From: Takakia lepidozioides
Taxonomy: Eukaryota; Plantae; Bryophyta
Assembly: GCA_030704615.1 (NCBI GenBank)
Contig: CM060732.1
Span: 39,370,001-39,434,000 of the forward strand
DNA: 64,000 nt
Direction of reading: 5' to 3'
Below the pieces are notes generated by a model, which had not been told where the DNA came from, searched no databases, and saw only the letters and a program-made list of their open reading frames with translations. The position numbers and the translations under genes are program-made. How positions within the stretch are numbered: position 1 is the stretch's first letter; each line of letters starts with the position of its first letter. Positions 60,866 to 64,000 of the stretch are shown here, in pieces.

Positions 60866-62093
60866 GGAACTAACCACATTAGTATGTATCGCATCCACTC
60901 TTTTGGGATGACCCTAAAATACTTGGATCCATCTGTTTATACTCGAAAGTGCGTGGGTTCATTGACGGGATGCGTGATATTCATCGCCACGGATACAACC
61001 ATAGAGTTGGCCTAAAATGGAGATCTGATCAATACATGCTTGCTTGGAGGGTGGACTCGCGGCACGGATTGGCTATGTAGAGGAAGGCTTAGATTAGGGG
61101 TGGAATCGCGACACGAATTGGCTGTTTTGAGGAAAACATGAGGGCTCGGATTGAGGGTGGAATAACGGCACGAATTGGTTATTTGGAGGAAAACATGAAG
61201 GCGATTCAAGATGAGGTGAAGAACCTCAAGGTGGTTCAACAAGAATTCTCATTCTGCTCCTCAAAATCTTGCTGGGATTGCTCCCTCATCGAAAGAGATG
61301 CTACACTCCTTGAATGAATCTCCACCTTCGCCAGCACTTATAGTGTTGCCACAGTGATACCTGATTCGACAAGATCCTTATACTTACTTCCTGAAAGCTG
61401 CATATGTAGGCGGTACAGATTATATTCTCTATGTTGCATGCATTCAATTTCTGTATCAGTTAGCCAAGAATACTCAACATTGATACTTAGCCTATGTATA
61501 TATTTATATCATTGTATTTGTTGTTGTGGCTGTTTTAACGATAACCTCCTCATCTATTCACCTAATTATGTACTTGCATAGAGCTGAACCAGCCCCTTGG
61601 AGATTAAGACCCTTCTCTAAATCTACACTTCTAGTTGAAGATGATGCTTGGCTCATAAATTATAACATCCTACTCTATTGCTGCTGCTCACAATGATTTC
61701 CCTTTCACACTCTCAAGTCATCCATCATTGCATTCAAAGCTTGTGGACGACAATCTATAACATGTACTCCCTCTCATCACTGCTCAATCATTCGCTCACG
61801 GCACACTATGCTGGAATTCAGATATTCAGTCTCCACCATGACACCCTTTGTTATTTCCTTAGTACCACCGCTGCATCCCAAAATCATGGCCGTCACCGTT
61901 CAGAGATTTTTGCACAAACTCTCGGTGACCCATCTGCACTTCTAATAAAATACCGCAAAAGACGGCTGGGTTTATACCCCTTTTCCTCTTTTGAACAAAC
62001 GACAATGCCTACTTTTAATTTTACAGTGCCCCATTAGTAACCCCTATAGTTTCTACAACAAACTACCACTTAGGATCTGTCACTTCATTCTGG

Positions 62094-62459
62094 ATGAACT
62101 GTTTTAGAACTCCATCTGTCCTTCATTCATCCATCACAAATTGCCTAGTGACTCGTTTTATGGACGTTCCTTCACCTGGATATGGACGGGTGTGCACGAT
62201 TGTTACATCTAGATGTGTTATGCAGTACAAGACATATGACATCAGAGTGGGAAACTTTCCTAATTGCAGTTGTCTGGATTTCACTTGTATGTTATCAGCT
62301 TGTCTTGGTAGGAGAGGAAAATATGTCCCTGGCAAGCATTTTTATTCCATCGTTCTCATCAGGATGATATGTGACCCCAAACGAGATGAATTTGTTCACC
62401 GGGTTATACTATCCTACACCGAGGTTATTACTCCAGTGGGTTTGGAAACTCGACATTGA
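62094..62459 (+). mobile_element. SWIM zinc-finger fragment, MULE-like transposon remnant
   Basis: YDIRVGNFPNCSCLDF..KYVPGKHFY fits CxC..CxH with the third Cys lost. Confidence 0.6.
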
Positions 62460-63049
62460 GTATGAGTAGTTGAACAACTCGTTGGATGACATCCACCTGC
62501 ATCCCTTCTTCATTCATCAGATCAAAGTGTTTGCTCCATCTCTGCTCATTCCAGGATTTGATGTCAAAACCAGTCAAAACCCCTTCATCCCCATCCGTTC
62601 AATACTTTCATCCACAGAAGGACATGTCCCTTCTTTTCGTCTAAGATCATGACACGCATGCTAGTGCCCCAGCTGTGGAACACTCCCCTTTTTAAGTATT
62701 CCTCAGTGACACTCCATTCAGTACACTTGGTGATCCAAATTAGGTTCATGACATGGCACTTCATTGTCACTGTCTAGAAACTACCTGCACGTTAAAGATA
62801 TGAGATATTAACGTGGCTGATCAACATGACATTTACCGGTGGTTCGAAACACAGAGCTCTTCCTTTTTCTTTCTTCTTATGCTTTACCTTGTTAGCTTCG
62901 GTGCATCGTAGCTTGCTCTGTGACTTTGTTCTTTCGTTGTGGATTCAAACTTTCGCCAATCATGGCAGCCCTGGGAGGTTCCCCAGATTGTACCTTCCTC
63001 GTATCTTTTTTTAATTAGAGTAACAGGGCCACCGTGACACCGTCCCCTT

Positions 63050-63900
63050 TCTTTAAAATCTTGTTTCCAGTCCTGCGTTCACATTAGCCATAGCTGAATT
63101 CTCGAGAAAAATCACCGATCAGTCATCTGCGTACATTACCTGCTCTGAGACATTTTGCTGGAAACCGAGTTGCAGCCCAGTAATGCAGTGGGGACGCAAG
63201 GCAAAGAGGTGACCCATTGCATCCGCAGCTATTGGAAAGAGAAAGGAGCCAGAGGGCATCCTTGACGAACAGATCTGGAAAGCGGGAAAGCCCTGGACAA
63301 ACATCCGTTAGCAATAACTTTGCTGGAAGACCCAAGAAGGATCTTGATCCATTTTTAGGAAATTGGCGGTGATGCTGATTCTTTCGATTGCACCAAACAG
63401 ATACTTCCAGCTTAATATACGGTCGATCGAAGCCTAAGAGAACCAAAGGTATCATGGGTTTGCTTCGAAGCTTCTGCATACTGCAAGGCTTCACATGTTA
63501 GAACCACAATGTCCAGGATCATTCTACCCTTCAAAAACTCGGACTGCTTAGGTCCTATGATTGAAGGCCGCAGAATTTGAAGTCTTTTAGCTAGAGCCTA
63601 AGTAGCTATAATATTGTAAGAGGATTCGAGGAGAGTAATGGGTCCGTAGGTAGAGATATATACAATCTTTGGACACACCTCTTTTGAAAATAAGAGAGAT
63701 GACATGACCAAGTGCACTTTGGGATGGCATGTGGGATGGCATGATGTTTTTGGAAATGATGTCCATTGCCATTGAGTAGGAAATCAGGACTCACTGATTT
63801 CCATTCAAAGTGATCTAAAGAAAAATTCCATCTGCGTGCCATCAGGTGATCCTGGAGCTTTGCCTGGGTGAGTCCATCCAGGGTTAATTCCTCGTTAATT
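63050..63900 (-). mobile_element. Degraded L1-clade reverse transcriptase fragment
   Basis: Minus-strand frames give GKAPG..DG (~63860), VISLIFK, SRSVRQGCPLAP (~63260) and YADD (~63125), broken by stops and frameshifts. Confidence 0.8.
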
Positions 63901-64000
63901 CCTGATGTGTGAGGTCGGCCCAGAGAGAGGAGTCCTGGAGCACCGATACTTTGGAGGGGATCGTGTTTACATGCTCTCTGATTGCACTGGAGCTACAGGT

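Overview
Intron-containing nuclear DNA of a non-seed land plant, probably a bryophyte (inferred from gene content and repeat style; species not determinable). Host genes: a frameshifted ABCC/MRP transporter pseudogene (2.3-10.4 kb), an intronless PLS-DYW PPR RNA-editing gene (28.5-31.7 kb, minus), a U6 snRNA gene with USE/TATA promoter (33.7 kb), an intact 16-exon MLH1 (34.5-45.9 kb) and a 5-exon LRR receptor-like pseudokinase (49.4-53.0 kb). Mobile DNA includes two RTE-X-like LINE families, a Gypsy-type LTR with PPT, a Copia remnant, L1 fragments, a foldback element, MITEs and a SWIM/MULE remnant. The standout is an ascomycete-type HET-domain gene (20.3-22.9 kb) that retains a 74-nt fungal-style intron and dense CpG, i.e. 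a likely fungus-to-plant transfer. It is now disrupted by a frameshift and a TAG, appears to sit behind a host-like spliced leader, and is bracketed by inverted MITE copies next to a local duplication. That duplication contains an exact 95-nt copy of the HET gene which may preserve the pre-nonsense codon. Further leads: an inverted LINE pair inside MLH1 enclosing an in-frame 579-nt exon block, and a DYW editor whose putative targeting peptide is cut by a stop codon. All alignments were done by eye; no searches were run.
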